From Nitrospina sp. (GTDB lineage Bacteria; Nitrospinota; Nitrospinia; Nitrospinales; VA-1): DNA of 64,000 nt. This document shows, piece after piece, positions 29,655-38,716 of this stretch (positions are counted from its first letter, which is position 1; the number at the start of each line of letters is the position of its first letter). The notes under the pieces were generated by a model, which searched no databases, was not told where the DNA came from, and saw nothing but the letters and a program-made list of their open reading frames with translations. A program made the translations under genes and the position numbers. The stretch covers positions 2,240 through 66,239 of the forward strand of contig JABIAY010000060.1 in the NCBI GenBank assembly GCA_018653085.1. Reading direction: 5' to 3'.

Positions 29655-30482
29655 TTATTCCCTCTGTTGAGATGGTGGCAGAAGTGCGTTCATGCTCCGC
29701 TGAATTTTTTGCGGATTTACCCTGTCATGAATTCCAATGATGCCAACCCGTATGGCCTTGAATAAAACGCCTTCCATATCCGTTCTGCTGGCCAACTTCG
29801 CCGCGACGGGAGTCAAAATGAGGTTGGCCAGCATGAGACCGTAAAATGTAGTGATCAACGCAGTGGCCAGGGCAGGGCCAATGGTTGCCGGATCGTCAAG
29901 ATGCATCAGCATTTGTACCAGACCAATTAATGTGCCGGCCATTCCAAATACAGGGGCCTGCACGGACATGAAGCGTAAAACCTTTACCCCGGAATTATGC
30001 CGGTCGAGCATGGAGTTTAGTTCTCTTTCCATAAGTTCGTGAATCTCTTTTGCGTTGTAACCATCCACAATCATGGCGATTCCATTTTTAAGGAACCGGT
30101 TGTCCACTTTGCTTTCTTCATTTTCCAGTTGTTTCATGCCACCGGAACGATATTTGGAAGCCAGCCTCATGATGTCATCGACATAATCTTCCGGCTCATA
30201 AATGCCAGGCTTGAAGGCGTTGTTAATAATCGGCACCATCCCGGATACTTTTTTGGAGGGAAATGCGATAAAAGATGTGGAAAGGGCTCCTCCAAGAACG
30301 ATCAAGGCACTGTTGATATTGATAAAAATCCCGGCGTCTCCACCGCGAATAATTGCTACGGTAATGAGAAATATACCTCCCAGAGCACCCAGCAGGGTAC
30401 CGGTATCCATTCCGGTATCCGCACGCTCCTCCTGAGCCAGGTCTGCGGCGGTACCTCGTATTTCTTGAGTTGCTGTGGCCAT
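29655..30482 (-). CDS. motA: MotA/PomA-family stator A subunit
   Basis: APVFGMAGTLIGLVQML, IGPALATALITTFYG, YRSGG...LE cytoplasmic loop. Confidence 0.9.
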   Translation of the reverse strand: MATATQEIRGTAADLAQEERADTGMDTGTLLGALGGIFLITVAIIRGGDAGIFININSALIVLGGALSTSFIAFPSKKVSGMVPIINNAFKPGIYEPEDYVDDIMRLASKYRSGGMKQLENEESKVDNRFLKNGIAMIVDGYNAKEIHELMERELNSMLDRHNSGVKVLRFMSVQAPVFGMAGTLIGLVQMLMHLDDPATIGPALATALITTFYGLMLANLILTPVAAKLASRTDMEGVLFKAIRVGIIGIHDRVNPQKIQRSMNALLPPSQQRE

Positions 30483-30514
30483 GAACCTTTAGGCAGTGAT
30501 GTTAAAATCTAATT

Positions 30515-32692
30515 TCAACTGGCGGCTTTTTCCGCATTAGTCGTGGCCCGTATCAATAATGAGCGCACGATATAATTATTCAGCCAAGGTACCTGTAACA
30601 CTTCTTTTCGGCCGCTGGGGATGTAAACCTTAAGAAAATCGGGCTTTTCAACCTTTTCAGGGCTCAGTTGGGGGCTCAGGTCGCTGATGCACCGGGTCAT
30701 ACAATTTAACCCTGCATAGGATTTGCAGAACAGCTCACCCCAGGAGGTCAAATAAATGGTTGTGATGCTCCGCGCTCGCTCAATTCGTTTATTGATAAAT
30801 TTTGTCAATTCATCGTTATTTTTGCAGTCCCTGATGTTCCCCATACTTATTTCGGGTGGCGGCGGATTGCCAAAGTCCACCAACATGAACAATTGAGTGA
30901 TTTTAGCCTCGTTCAACAGATCCTCATTAGACAATGCGGCGATGTTGACGGACTCGATGAAGCTTTTGAGTATTTGTAGCAATGTAGCCAGATCATTTTC
31001 CTTGATGGCTTGCCCCTCGGCTCTCAGCAAAACTTCGGTGTTTTCACTGTAGAGATGGTTGAAAACAGTAAACGCCAGGAGAAATGGAAGGGTTGCTGAT
31101 TTCCTGATGATATCGTCCTTGTCAATTTGCTCCAGGTAAGCTTGCGTCCTGCCTCGAATCAGGTACCACTCCGGTTTAGCATTTCTATCCTTTTGTTCCA
31201 AAAGGAAGGTCAATTCATTTTCAGCCGTTTTACCATCTACCAAAGCACCCAGGTTATCGACTTTATTGGGGGCGGCTCTGTAAAAACTGAAAAGTTTCCG
31301 ACCTAAAAGATGGGTGTCTTTCTCGGTGATCAAACTTTCACTGGGATCAAGGGTCTTGTTTTTTTCAGAAATATTTTTGTAGGAGGCCATCAAAATTTTA
31401 TTGATACGGTTTCCCAAATCCACCTTATGCATCATTTGCCAGCCGGAATACTGGTTCAGTTTTTCAATTTTATCCGAGCTCCAACCCCACTCCTTCAGCA
31501 TTTTGATCAGGGTGCTCTTTCTCCAGTTATCCGAGCCCTTTTCATACTCCTCGCCAGTAACCTGGGTACCCACCTTTAAATAGAATGCGTGTCTCAGTGC
31601 ATCGACTTCATCCTCAGATTTTGTTTCAGTAAAAAACTTCTGTACTCGCTCGAACATTCCCAGGTAGGGGTCAATATCCAGGTAGGGGACATCATTATAA
31701 TATTTATCTTTAATTTGATGGCATAGCAGGTTCGATTTGGTGTCTCCAAACATATATTCTTCAAGCACCCCCATTTTCATGAGTGTTTTAAAGGGGGATT
31801 TGAAGGATTTGATCAGAGCCCATATCGACCCACCAAAAAATTCTCCATCGGAGATATCATCTACATTGCCCATGTCGATGAATTCTTCTTTTTTGAGGAG
31901 AGTTTTCCCTGATTGGAGCTTTTCATATAGCTCGTAGTACCGGTCATCATCACAGTCCACCGGAGAAACCAGCCAGAAAGGAATTTTCCCAGTGACAATG
32001 ATCATGGTTCGATACATTTCTTCCTTCAGGAGTTTTGCCAAGGCGGACCCTGTGCTTTCACTGTCACTTTCACCAAAGATATTATTTTTGACTTCCTGGT
32101 AATCATTGATGAAAAAATGGGTTTCCAGAGTAAAATTGTCCCAGGTCCACGTCTCTATCAGGTTCAGTTTTTTCTGGAACAGCTTCATGCTTTCTTCAGT
32201 GAAATCCCTTTTGTCTATTAACAAAGTGTAGTCAAGATCGGACTTTTTGGTCTGGGCAATGGAACCCACACTGCCCATAAGCAGAGCAGTATGAATGACG
32301 GGTTTCAGTTCCGGGTTCCTGCGGAGGATTACGTCCGGGAATAGTTTTTCGGCGGCGACCTGGGCTTCTTTATCCAGAGTAAAATTATGGATGCCGCAGG
32401 GGGGATTGCCTTCAAAATAGCCCGGCAAGCCCTCCTGATGCACATGAAGCAGGCGCGGAATAACCAGGAAAATCAGGCGATCAATCTCAGAAAGTGTGAT
32501 CAGGTTTCGATCTATTTTAAACCGGTTGAACTGTAAATAATCCTGCCGGTTTGACAGGAGCATTTCTGCATCCGACTTGATGAGTGTCTGTTGGGCCTTC
32601 TCAATATTTTCTTGCGGGGGTTTTTGGGCAAGCTCTTCCGCGGCAAGAGATTTTTCCATTTGTTCGGTGATAGATTTTTCTACTGATCCCAT
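30515..32692 (-). CDS. cyaA: class I adenylate cyclase
   Basis: MGSVGSIAQ..KSDLD, ETHFF, GSA..KLLKEEMYRT, KS.KSPFK..MK, DPY and FYLK match class I AC catalytic motifs. Confidence 0.85.
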   Translation of the reverse strand: MGSVEKSITEQMEKSLAAEELAQKPPQENIEKAQQTLIKSDAEMLLSNRQDYLQFNRFKIDRNLITLSEIDRLIFLVIPRLLHVHQEGLPGYFEGNPPCGIHNFTLDKEAQVAAEKLFPDVILRRNPELKPVIHTALLMGSVGSIAQTKKSDLDYTLLIDKRDFTEESMKLFQKKLNLIETWTWDNFTLETHFFINDYQEVKNNIFGESDSESTGSALAKLLKEEMYRTMIIVTGKIPFWLVSPVDCDDDRYYELYEKLQSGKTLLKKEEFIDMGNVDDISDGEFFGGSIWALIKSFKSPFKTLMKMGVLEEYMFGDTKSNLLCHQIKDKYYNDVPYLDIDPYLGMFERVQKFFTETKSEDEVDALRHAFYLKVGTQVTGEEYEKGSDNWRKSTLIKMLKEWGWSSDKIEKLNQYSGWQMMHKVDLGNRINKILMASYKNISEKNKTLDPSESLITEKDTHLLGRKLFSFYRAAPNKVDNLGALVDGKTAENELTFLLEQKDRNAKPEWYLIRGRTQAYLEQIDKDDIIRKSATLPFLLAFTVFNHLYSENTEVLLRAEGQAIKENDLATLLQILKSFIESVNIAALSNEDLLNEAKITQLFMLVDFGNPPPPEISMGNIRDCKNNDELTKFINKRIERARSITTIYLTSWGELFCKSYAGLNCMTRCISDLSPQLSPEKVEKPDFLKVYIPSGRKEVLQVPWLNNYIVRSLLIRATTNAEKAAS

Positions 32693-32797
32693 AATAATGA
32701 TGTTATCGCTAGGTTTATGGCTTATTGGTAATTTTACCCTAAAACCAGTTAAAAAACTTTCTCAATAGTATAGGAGCCTTCCAGTAGCTTACGAGGC

Positions 32798-34381
32798 CTA
32801 TTTTTCCGGTTGTTTTGAGCTCGGGCCAGGAGTATCTGGGGCTCCAGGTTTTTTCTCGCCTTCGGTTTTTCCCTTTGTCTTTTGGGCTTCATCTTTAGCG
32901 ACTTCAATCGCTTTCAATATTTTAATTTCCACCCGTCGGTTAGCGGCGCGGTTGTCATCATTGGTGTTGGCTTTAAGCGGACGGAACTCCCCATAACCTG
33001 TTACGACCATTCGTTCAGGCGGAAACCGCATTTTTTCTATAATAAACCGGGCCACCTTTGAAGCTCTGGCGGCTGAAAGTTCCCAGTTGGAAGGAAACTT
33101 GGTGCTCTTCATCGGAACGTTATCGGTGTGACCATCAATAAGCACCTGCTTGACACCTTCTTTCATATCTTCCTGGATGGTGGAAATAATCAGGTCTTCC
33201 GCACCCTCACTGAAGAAAGCATCCCCAGGAGCGAAAAGGTCTGAGGTTGGCAGGAGATGCAGGATCGTTCTCGTATCACTGCGGGAAAGGCTTTCCGCGT
33301 CAACATTGTCTTTAACCAATAGCCGTACCCGTTCCAGCATTTTCATTTCGGCTTTGCTCAAGCGAACATTGACGCTTTCAATACGCATTCTTTTTGACTG
33401 GAACGAGGAAAGGGCCTCGGCAAACTTATTTTCGTCCAGTTTGGAAACGCTGTACATCAAAACGAATACCACCAAAATAAGTGTGATCATATCGGAATAA
33501 GTGATGAGAAAGCCTTCCAGGCCACCAGAGAACTCCGATGCCGCCGCCGCACGGCCTTCAACCATCTGTTGACCGCCTTCACCACCACCACCCTTGGAGC
33601 CACGCCCTTTTTCCTCTTCAAGCAGGACGATTTTCATATCCATTTCGGCATTGTCTTCTTTGAGCATTTCCAAATCAACCATCATCCTGCGGCGCTCTTT
33701 TTCCAGATCTTCCACGTCCTCTTTCAATTCCTGGATGATTTCAGAGGGGAGCATGCCGTCTTCCCCTGCATCCATGCCACCGTAAAGCATATCTTCGTAT
33801 TTTTTTATGAGTTCGTCCTTTTCCTTGACAATATCCTCTGTTACGGCTCCCGATGACATGGAGGTCTTTTTAGCCTTTGACAAATCCGCCTTAAGATCCT
33901 CAATTTTATTCTTTAAGTTGTCAGTAGTTCCGGTGTCCTGGCGGAGGCGCTTCAACTCTCTCATCAGCACACCCCGTTCCCGCTCGAATTTTTTATTAGC
34001 CCCTTTTTCTCTCTCAATCCGTTCCCGAAGAGCATCGACCTTGGTGGCAAGCTTGGCCATTTTCTCCTTCATTTTTTCGTCCATCTGAGCCTCAATGCGC
34101 TTGTTTATCTCGGCCTCTTCTTCCTCTTTCTCTTTTTTGCCCGCTTCAACTCCAGCATGTTTTGAAAGACGGGCCGCCTCGACCAGGCTTTTTTGTTCGG
34201 CAACCTCCTCTTCTGCAGTCTTGATGCCCGCTTTAAGCTTTTTGACCTCAGTTTGGTTAAAGCTGATCAGGTCTTTGATTTTTTTTGTTACCTTCCCCTT
34301 TTCTTCGTTGGATTTGCGCAACTCGACTGTCTTTATTTTGAGTTGCTCCTTAACTAATTGTAGGGATTCCATATTTTTCAT
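32798..34381 (-). CDS. motB: MotB/PomB-family stator B subunit with a long N-terminal coiled coil
   Basis: FLITYSDMITL TM with the conserved Asp; OmpA-like domain GHTDNVP, NWELSAARA, NRRVEI; ~290 aa K/E-rich N-terminus. Confidence 0.88.
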   Translation of the reverse strand: MKNMESLQLVKEQLKIKTVELRKSNEEKGKVTKKIKDLISFNQTEVKKLKAGIKTAEEEVAEQKSLVEAARLSKHAGVEAGKKEKEEEEAEINKRIEAQMDEKMKEKMAKLATKVDALRERIEREKGANKKFERERGVLMRELKRLRQDTGTTDNLKNKIEDLKADLSKAKKTSMSSGAVTEDIVKEKDELIKKYEDMLYGGMDAGEDGMLPSEIIQELKEDVEDLEKERRRMMVDLEMLKEDNAEMDMKIVLLEEEKGRGSKGGGGEGGQQMVEGRAAAASEFSGGLEGFLITYSDMITLILVVFVLMYSVSKLDENKFAEALSSFQSKRMRIESVNVRLSKAEMKMLERVRLLVKDNVDAESLSRSDTRTILHLLPTSDLFAPGDAFFSEGAEDLIISTIQEDMKEGVKQVLIDGHTDNVPMKSTKFPSNWELSAARASKVARFIIEKMRFPPERMVVTGYGEFRPLKANTNDDNRAANRRVEIKILKAIEVAKDEAQKTKGKTEGEKKPGAPDTPGPSSKQPEK

Positions 34382-34529
34382 AAACTAGCCTCTTGGTTCT
34401 CCTGCATATCGGCAAAAAAGATGGAAAAGGTTATATAATAACAAGAATTTAAGGGCACTACGCCGGGTTAAGGTTGTGCTCCTACAAGTCAATTTTATTG
34501 AATGATATCACGCCTTGTCAATTGCCCAT

Positions 34530-34543
34530 ACTGACCGGTCAGT
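34530..34543. promoter_or_regulatory. perfect 14-bp palindrome, operator-like
   Basis: ACTGACCGGTCAGT in the divergent motB/ampG intergenic region. Confidence 0.45.
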
Positions 34544-34680
34544 TTCGCGTTCCAGGTGAAATGCCTGAAACTCCCTTACTTTAATGATATAAGGGGTTTG
34601 GTTCACGCAGAGCGAGCTAGATTTCAACGTAATGTATTTTATAGGTAAATGCATATAAATTGTTATATATATAGGTAATT

Positions 34681-35898
34681 ATGGATTTATTTTTCAATCG
34701 CAGGGTGGTGGCGGTTTTGTTTCTGGGGTTTTCCTCAGGACTGCCCCTGGCGTTATCGGGAGGAACTTTACAGGCCTGGCTGACGGTGGAGGGGGTCGAT
34801 ATCAAAACTATCGGCCTGTTCACTTTGGTGGGCTTGCCGTATACCTTGAAGTTTCTCTGGTCCCCCTTGCTGGACCGGTTTGTTGTTCCTTTGTTTGGGC
34901 GAAGACGGGGCTGGATTTGGGTGTTTCAAATCATACTGCTTGCCTTGATTTTTGCGATGAGTGTTGTGTCTCCCGTAAAAGCTCCCTGGGTTCTTGCTTT
35001 TCTCGCCTTCTGTTTGGCCTTTGCCTCATCTTCTCAGGATATTGTTGTTGATGCTTACCGCACAGAAGTGCTGAGAGAAAAAGAACGAGGATTGGGGGCG
35101 GCGGTTTCAGTAACGGGGTACCGGATCGCCATGCTGGTTTCCGGGGCTCTGGCTTTGATTCTGTCAGAATTTTTGGGGTGGCGTTCAACGTATATGCTTA
35201 TGGCGGGACTGATGCTTGTGGGTATGACGGCTGTCTGGCTGGGTCCCGAACCCGAGGACCCAGGGATTCCACCCAAGACATTGGGGGAGGCCATTGGCGG
35301 GCCTTTGGTCGAGTTCTTTTCTCGCGATGGTGCCTGGATGTTGTTGGCCCTGATTGTCCTCTACAAACTGGGGGACGCTTTTGCCGGAAGCCTGACCACA
35401 AGCTTCCTGATCCGTGGTGTTGGTTTTTCTGTAGGTGAAGTGGGGGCGATCAACAAAGGGATGGGGCTGGCGGCAACAATTGTGGGGGCTCTGTTTGGCG
35501 GTGTCCTCATGGCTCGGTTGGGACTTTTTCGCTCACTTTTGCTTTTCGGAGTTTTGCAGGCTGTCTCAAATCTTTCATTTATGGTTTTGGCCTGGGTTGG
35601 CAAGAGTTATCCCATGTTGGTTTTCACCATTGGTTTTGAAAATTTGGCGGGAGGGATGGGGACAGCGGCTTTCGTGGCTTTCCTGATGGCGTTGTGTAAC
35701 CACAATTTTACGGCAACACAATTTGCCCTGTTCTCGGCTTTGGCTTCTCTGGGGCGGGTGTTTGTCGGGCCTGCATCGGGTATTTTGGTGGATGAGTTTG
35801 GCTGGCTTCTGTTTTTCCTGGTAACATTTTTAGCCGCGATACCGGGGCTGATACTCTTATGGAAAATGCGCCCCAGGCTTCAAGCCCTCGACCACTAG
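34681..35898 (+). CDS. ampG: AmpG muropeptide MFS permease
   Basis: LGFSSGLP, KFLWSP, SSQDIVVDAYR, YKLGDAF, TATQFAL. Confidence 0.95.
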   Translation: MDLFFNRRVVAVLFLGFSSGLPLALSGGTLQAWLTVEGVDIKTIGLFTLVGLPYTLKFLWSPLLDRFVVPLFGRRRGWIWVFQIILLALIFAMSVVSPVKAPWVLAFLAFCLAFASSSQDIVVDAYRTEVLREKERGLGAAVSVTGYRIAMLVSGALALILSEFLGWRSTYMLMAGLMLVGMTAVWLGPEPEDPGIPPKTLGEAIGGPLVEFFSRDGAWMLLALIVLYKLGDAFAGSLTTSFLIRGVGFSVGEVGAINKGMGLAATIVGALFGGVLMARLGLFRSLLLFGVLQAVSNLSFMVLAWVGKSYPMLVFTIGFENLAGGMGTAAFVAFLMALCNHNFTATQFALFSALASLGRVFVGPASGILVDEFGWLLFFLVTFLAAIPGLILLWKMRPRLQALDH

Positions 35899-35925
35899 AC
35901 ACCGGTGGTTCGCCGGTAGTTTATT

Positions 35926-36567
35926 ATGACAGAATTCATTTATCTTCACGGGTTCGCATCAGGGCCAGGTTCGCAAAAGGCTCGTGTGTTCAAAGATCGT
36001 TTTGAGAAAGCTAACCTCTCCCTCACGATTCCGGATCTGCAACAGGGCGATTTTGAAAACCTGACACTGACGAAGCAGGTTTCGCTGGTTCAAAGTATTA
36101 TTGATGCGAAATCCGGCGCACAGTTTGCCTTGATAGGCAGTAGCATGGGGGGCTATGTCGCGGCATTGACCGCCGAAACCCGAAAAGAAATACAGGCCCT
36201 TTACCTGATGGCACCCGGCTTCAATTTCCTCAGTCGCTGGATGGAAAATATGGGCTGGAATGAAAAATTCGCCATTCCAGACTTGATCCGGGTATTCCAT
36301 TACCGCTACAATAGGGAAGTAACTCTTAACACGCGTCTATTCCGTGATGCAATGAACTGGGACTCATTATCGTTAACCCGAGATATCCCAACCCGTGTGG
36401 TCCACGGGCTTCATGATGAAACGGTCCCTGTTCAGGAGTCCCGAGACTTCGCCGGGTCACGTCCCTGGTGCCAATTAAGAGAACTGGATTCTGATCACGG
36501 GCTTTTTTCATGCATTGATTGGATTGTCGATGATTGTATGAAATTTTTTCGCACGGTAGGTTGCTGA
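35926..36567 (+). CDS. YqiA/YcfP-family alpha/beta hydrolase
   Basis: YLHGFASGP, GSSMGG, HG..DE.V, SDH. Confidence 0.88.
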   Translation: MTEFIYLHGFASGPGSQKARVFKDRFEKANLSLTIPDLQQGDFENLTLTKQVSLVQSIIDAKSGAQFALIGSSMGGYVAALTAETRKEIQALYLMAPGFNFLSRWMENMGWNEKFAIPDLIRVFHYRYNREVTLNTRLFRDAMNWDSLSLTRDIPTRVVHGLHDETVPVQESRDFAGSRPWCQLRELDSDHGLFSCIDWIVDDCMKFFRTVGC

Positions 36568-36588
36568 AATTTTGAAAATCAGGAAAAA

Positions 36589-37284
36589 ATGAATCACAAA
36601 ATTCTTTTAGTTGATGATGATAAAGAGCTGTTAGCCGCCCTGGAAGTGAAGCTCCAAAAGGAAGGCTACCAGATTGATACGGCACCGGATGGTGAAGTAG
36701 CCCTTGAGAAAATACGGGCCAATTTGCCGGATCTGGTCATTTTGGATGTGAATATGCCTCGCATGAATGGAATGGAGGTTTGCCGGGCTCTGCGGTCTGA
36801 CGATAAGACCCGGGATCTTGCCGTTATCATGCTGACTGCCAGGGATGATGAAGTGGACCGGATTCTGGGATTGGAGTTTGGTGCTGACGATTATGTAACC
36901 AAACCCTATAACCCAAGAGAGCTGATCCTGCGGGTCAAGGGGTTGCTAAAACGAATATTTCACTTTCAGGATAACCCTGGGGCTCAGGAGGACATTCAGG
37001 TTGGTCCGTTGTCCATTGACTTAGGCAAACATGAAGTTCAGGTAGATGGAGAAGTGGTGGAGTTGACACTGACTGAGTTTAAGCTTCTCGCTCACCTGAT
37101 TGAAAACCCCGGGAAAATAAAAACCCGTGATTTTCTTCTGGAAGAAATTTGGGAATATAGCGATGGAGTATTTTCAAGAACCATTGACACTCATATCCAG
37201 AGACTGCGTTCCAAGTTAAAAGAAGCTGGAAAATATATCAAAACCGTTCGTGGTGTAGGTTATCGCTTTGAGAGGAGTGAGTAA
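36589..37284 (+). CDS. OmpR/PhoB-family response regulator
   Basis: VDDD, LDVNMP, GADDYVTKP, RTIDTHIQRLRSKL, TVRGVGY. Confidence 0.95.
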   Translation: MNHKILLVDDDKELLAALEVKLQKEGYQIDTAPDGEVALEKIRANLPDLVILDVNMPRMNGMEVCRALRSDDKTRDLAVIMLTARDDEVDRILGLEFGADDYVTKPYNPRELILRVKGLLKRIFHFQDNPGAQEDIQVGPLSIDLGKHEVQVDGEVVELTLTEFKLLAHLIENPGKIKTRDFLLEEIWEYSDGVFSRTIDTHIQRLRSKLKEAGKYIKTVRGVGYRFERSE

Positions 37285-37531
37285 CTGTCGGTAAGCTATT
37301 TTTAACAGGTACTTGATTTTTTCGTTTCAAATCCTGCCCTGAATCACATCCGTCTTTTCTAAAAAAGTGACACGACTGTGACGTCTTCTTGATTTTTCTT
37401 TAACAAAATATCCCTATGATGATGCCTAAGCTAATTGCGGATAGACTTTGTGCTTTCCGTAGTTTTGGTCGTAGGTTTATCCCCTAAATATGGGGGTGGG
37501 CAGAATTTTTCTAACGGGAGGGTTGCTAGTA

Positions 37532-37942
37532 ATGAATGGACAAGTCGAGAATCAGAAAACTACCGGAAAACGATTGCGGGCATGGCGGAAGTCTGTTCCA
37601 TTAAAGCTAATGCAGTTGTCTCGCTTGATCAAGGTTTCACAAGGTTCGCTTTCGGATTTGGAGAATGATAAGTCTTTGCCCTCGGCGACCACTTTGGCAA
37701 ATTTATCAACCCATACTGATTTGAATATTTATTGGCTGTTAACCGGTAAAGGCCCGGTATACCGGAAGCTGTCTCCTGATATGGAAAAGTCTACAGAACA
37801 GTCCTGCCTATATGAGGACTTTATGTTTATGATGCAGGACAGGAAGTTAAAAGGAGTTGTGGAGAAGGTGATTGCGGTTTACAGGGAAGGGGATATCAAA
37901 CAAAAAGCCCAGATGCAGGGCTTTCTTTCTGCGTTAAGTTAA
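37532..37942 (+). CDS. XRE-family HTH transcriptional regulator
   Basis: VSQGSLSDLENDKSLPS...YWLLTGKG; GGGAGG RBS. Confidence 0.85.
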   Translation: MNGQVENQKTTGKRLRAWRKSVPLKLMQLSRLIKVSQGSLSDLENDKSLPSATTLANLSTHTDLNIYWLLTGKGPVYRKLSPDMEKSTEQSCLYEDFMFMMQDRKLKGVVEKVIAVYREGDIKQKAQMQGFLSALS

Positions 37943-37945
37943 AGG

Positions 37946-38716
37946 CTAAAGTCCGGGGTTCAGAGTTTCTTCAAACATTGCGTTATCTAAAAATATATCC
38001 AGGTCGCTGTATTCGTCTGCAATCAATTGTGGGCTTTCTGGCATCGAATCATCCATCTTTTTAATCCCGGCGGATTGCACCCGACTCCTCATTTCCGCAA
38101 CTCTTCTGGTTTCCTGCTCTTCCAGGTTTTGCTTTATCATTTGAAACTCTCTGACCTTGTCAAAAACCTGTTCCCGTAAAGCTGTTATCCTTTGGGAATT
38201 GATTTCCTCCATGAGTTTTCTTTGCTTTTTTACAAGGAATTCAGCCACGACCTCTTCAATAGTCCTTTGCTTCTGGTAGCCCTTTAGCAGGGATTCAATG
38301 ATTTCCTGTTTCTTGTAATCCTTGAGTGTTATGCCATGCAGAAAAGCCTGTTTTAGCACTGCTCTTTCGGCACGGGGTCTGCCCCAGTGGTATTCATCTT
38401 TTTCATCGACCTTTATTGTCATGACGCCGTTTTTAACTTTAAGAGTCGGGTAGGCATCAACAAAGGTATAACCGTGATAATTATAGTTGGCTCTTAATTC
38501 GCTTGCGACCAGGTCCATAATTTCCGGGGTCATGTTTAATCCATTCCCCAAATCAAGATACCCATCCATAAAATAAGGGTCGATGAGGGTATTGCCTGCA
38601 ACCCGGATTTTTTTTACGAAGGGTTTTCCAGCCAGAGATATTGTCGGCATCAAAAGAAAAAGGGTCGACAAAATAAGCGATACTAAATGGCAATGGGGAG
38701 CGCGATTTGATTTCAT
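37946..38716 (-). CDS. secreted ShlB-type POTRA-domain protein without a beta-barrel
   Basis: Signal peptide; VKKIRVAGNTLI...Y..HGY...GVMTIKVDE; helical C-terminus. Confidence 0.6.
   Translation of the reverse strand: MKSNRAPHCHLVSLILSTLFLLMPTISLAGKPFVKKIRVAGNTLIDPYFMDGYLDLGNGLNMTPEIMDLVASELRANYNYHGYTFVDAYPTLKVKNGVMTIKVDEKDEYHWGRPRAERAVLKQAFLHGITLKDYKKQEIIESLLKGYQKQRTIEEVVAEFLVKKQRKLMEEINSQRITALREQVFDKVREFQMIKQNLEEQETRRVAEMRSRVQSAGIKKMDDSMPESPQLIADEYSDLDIFLDNAMFEETLNPGL

Noticed and set aside
28794-34381. Canonical Zorya defence system
   Set aside because: The A subunit is ordinary MotA length with no long tail, and no ZorC/D/E-like genes are present; kept only as an analogy
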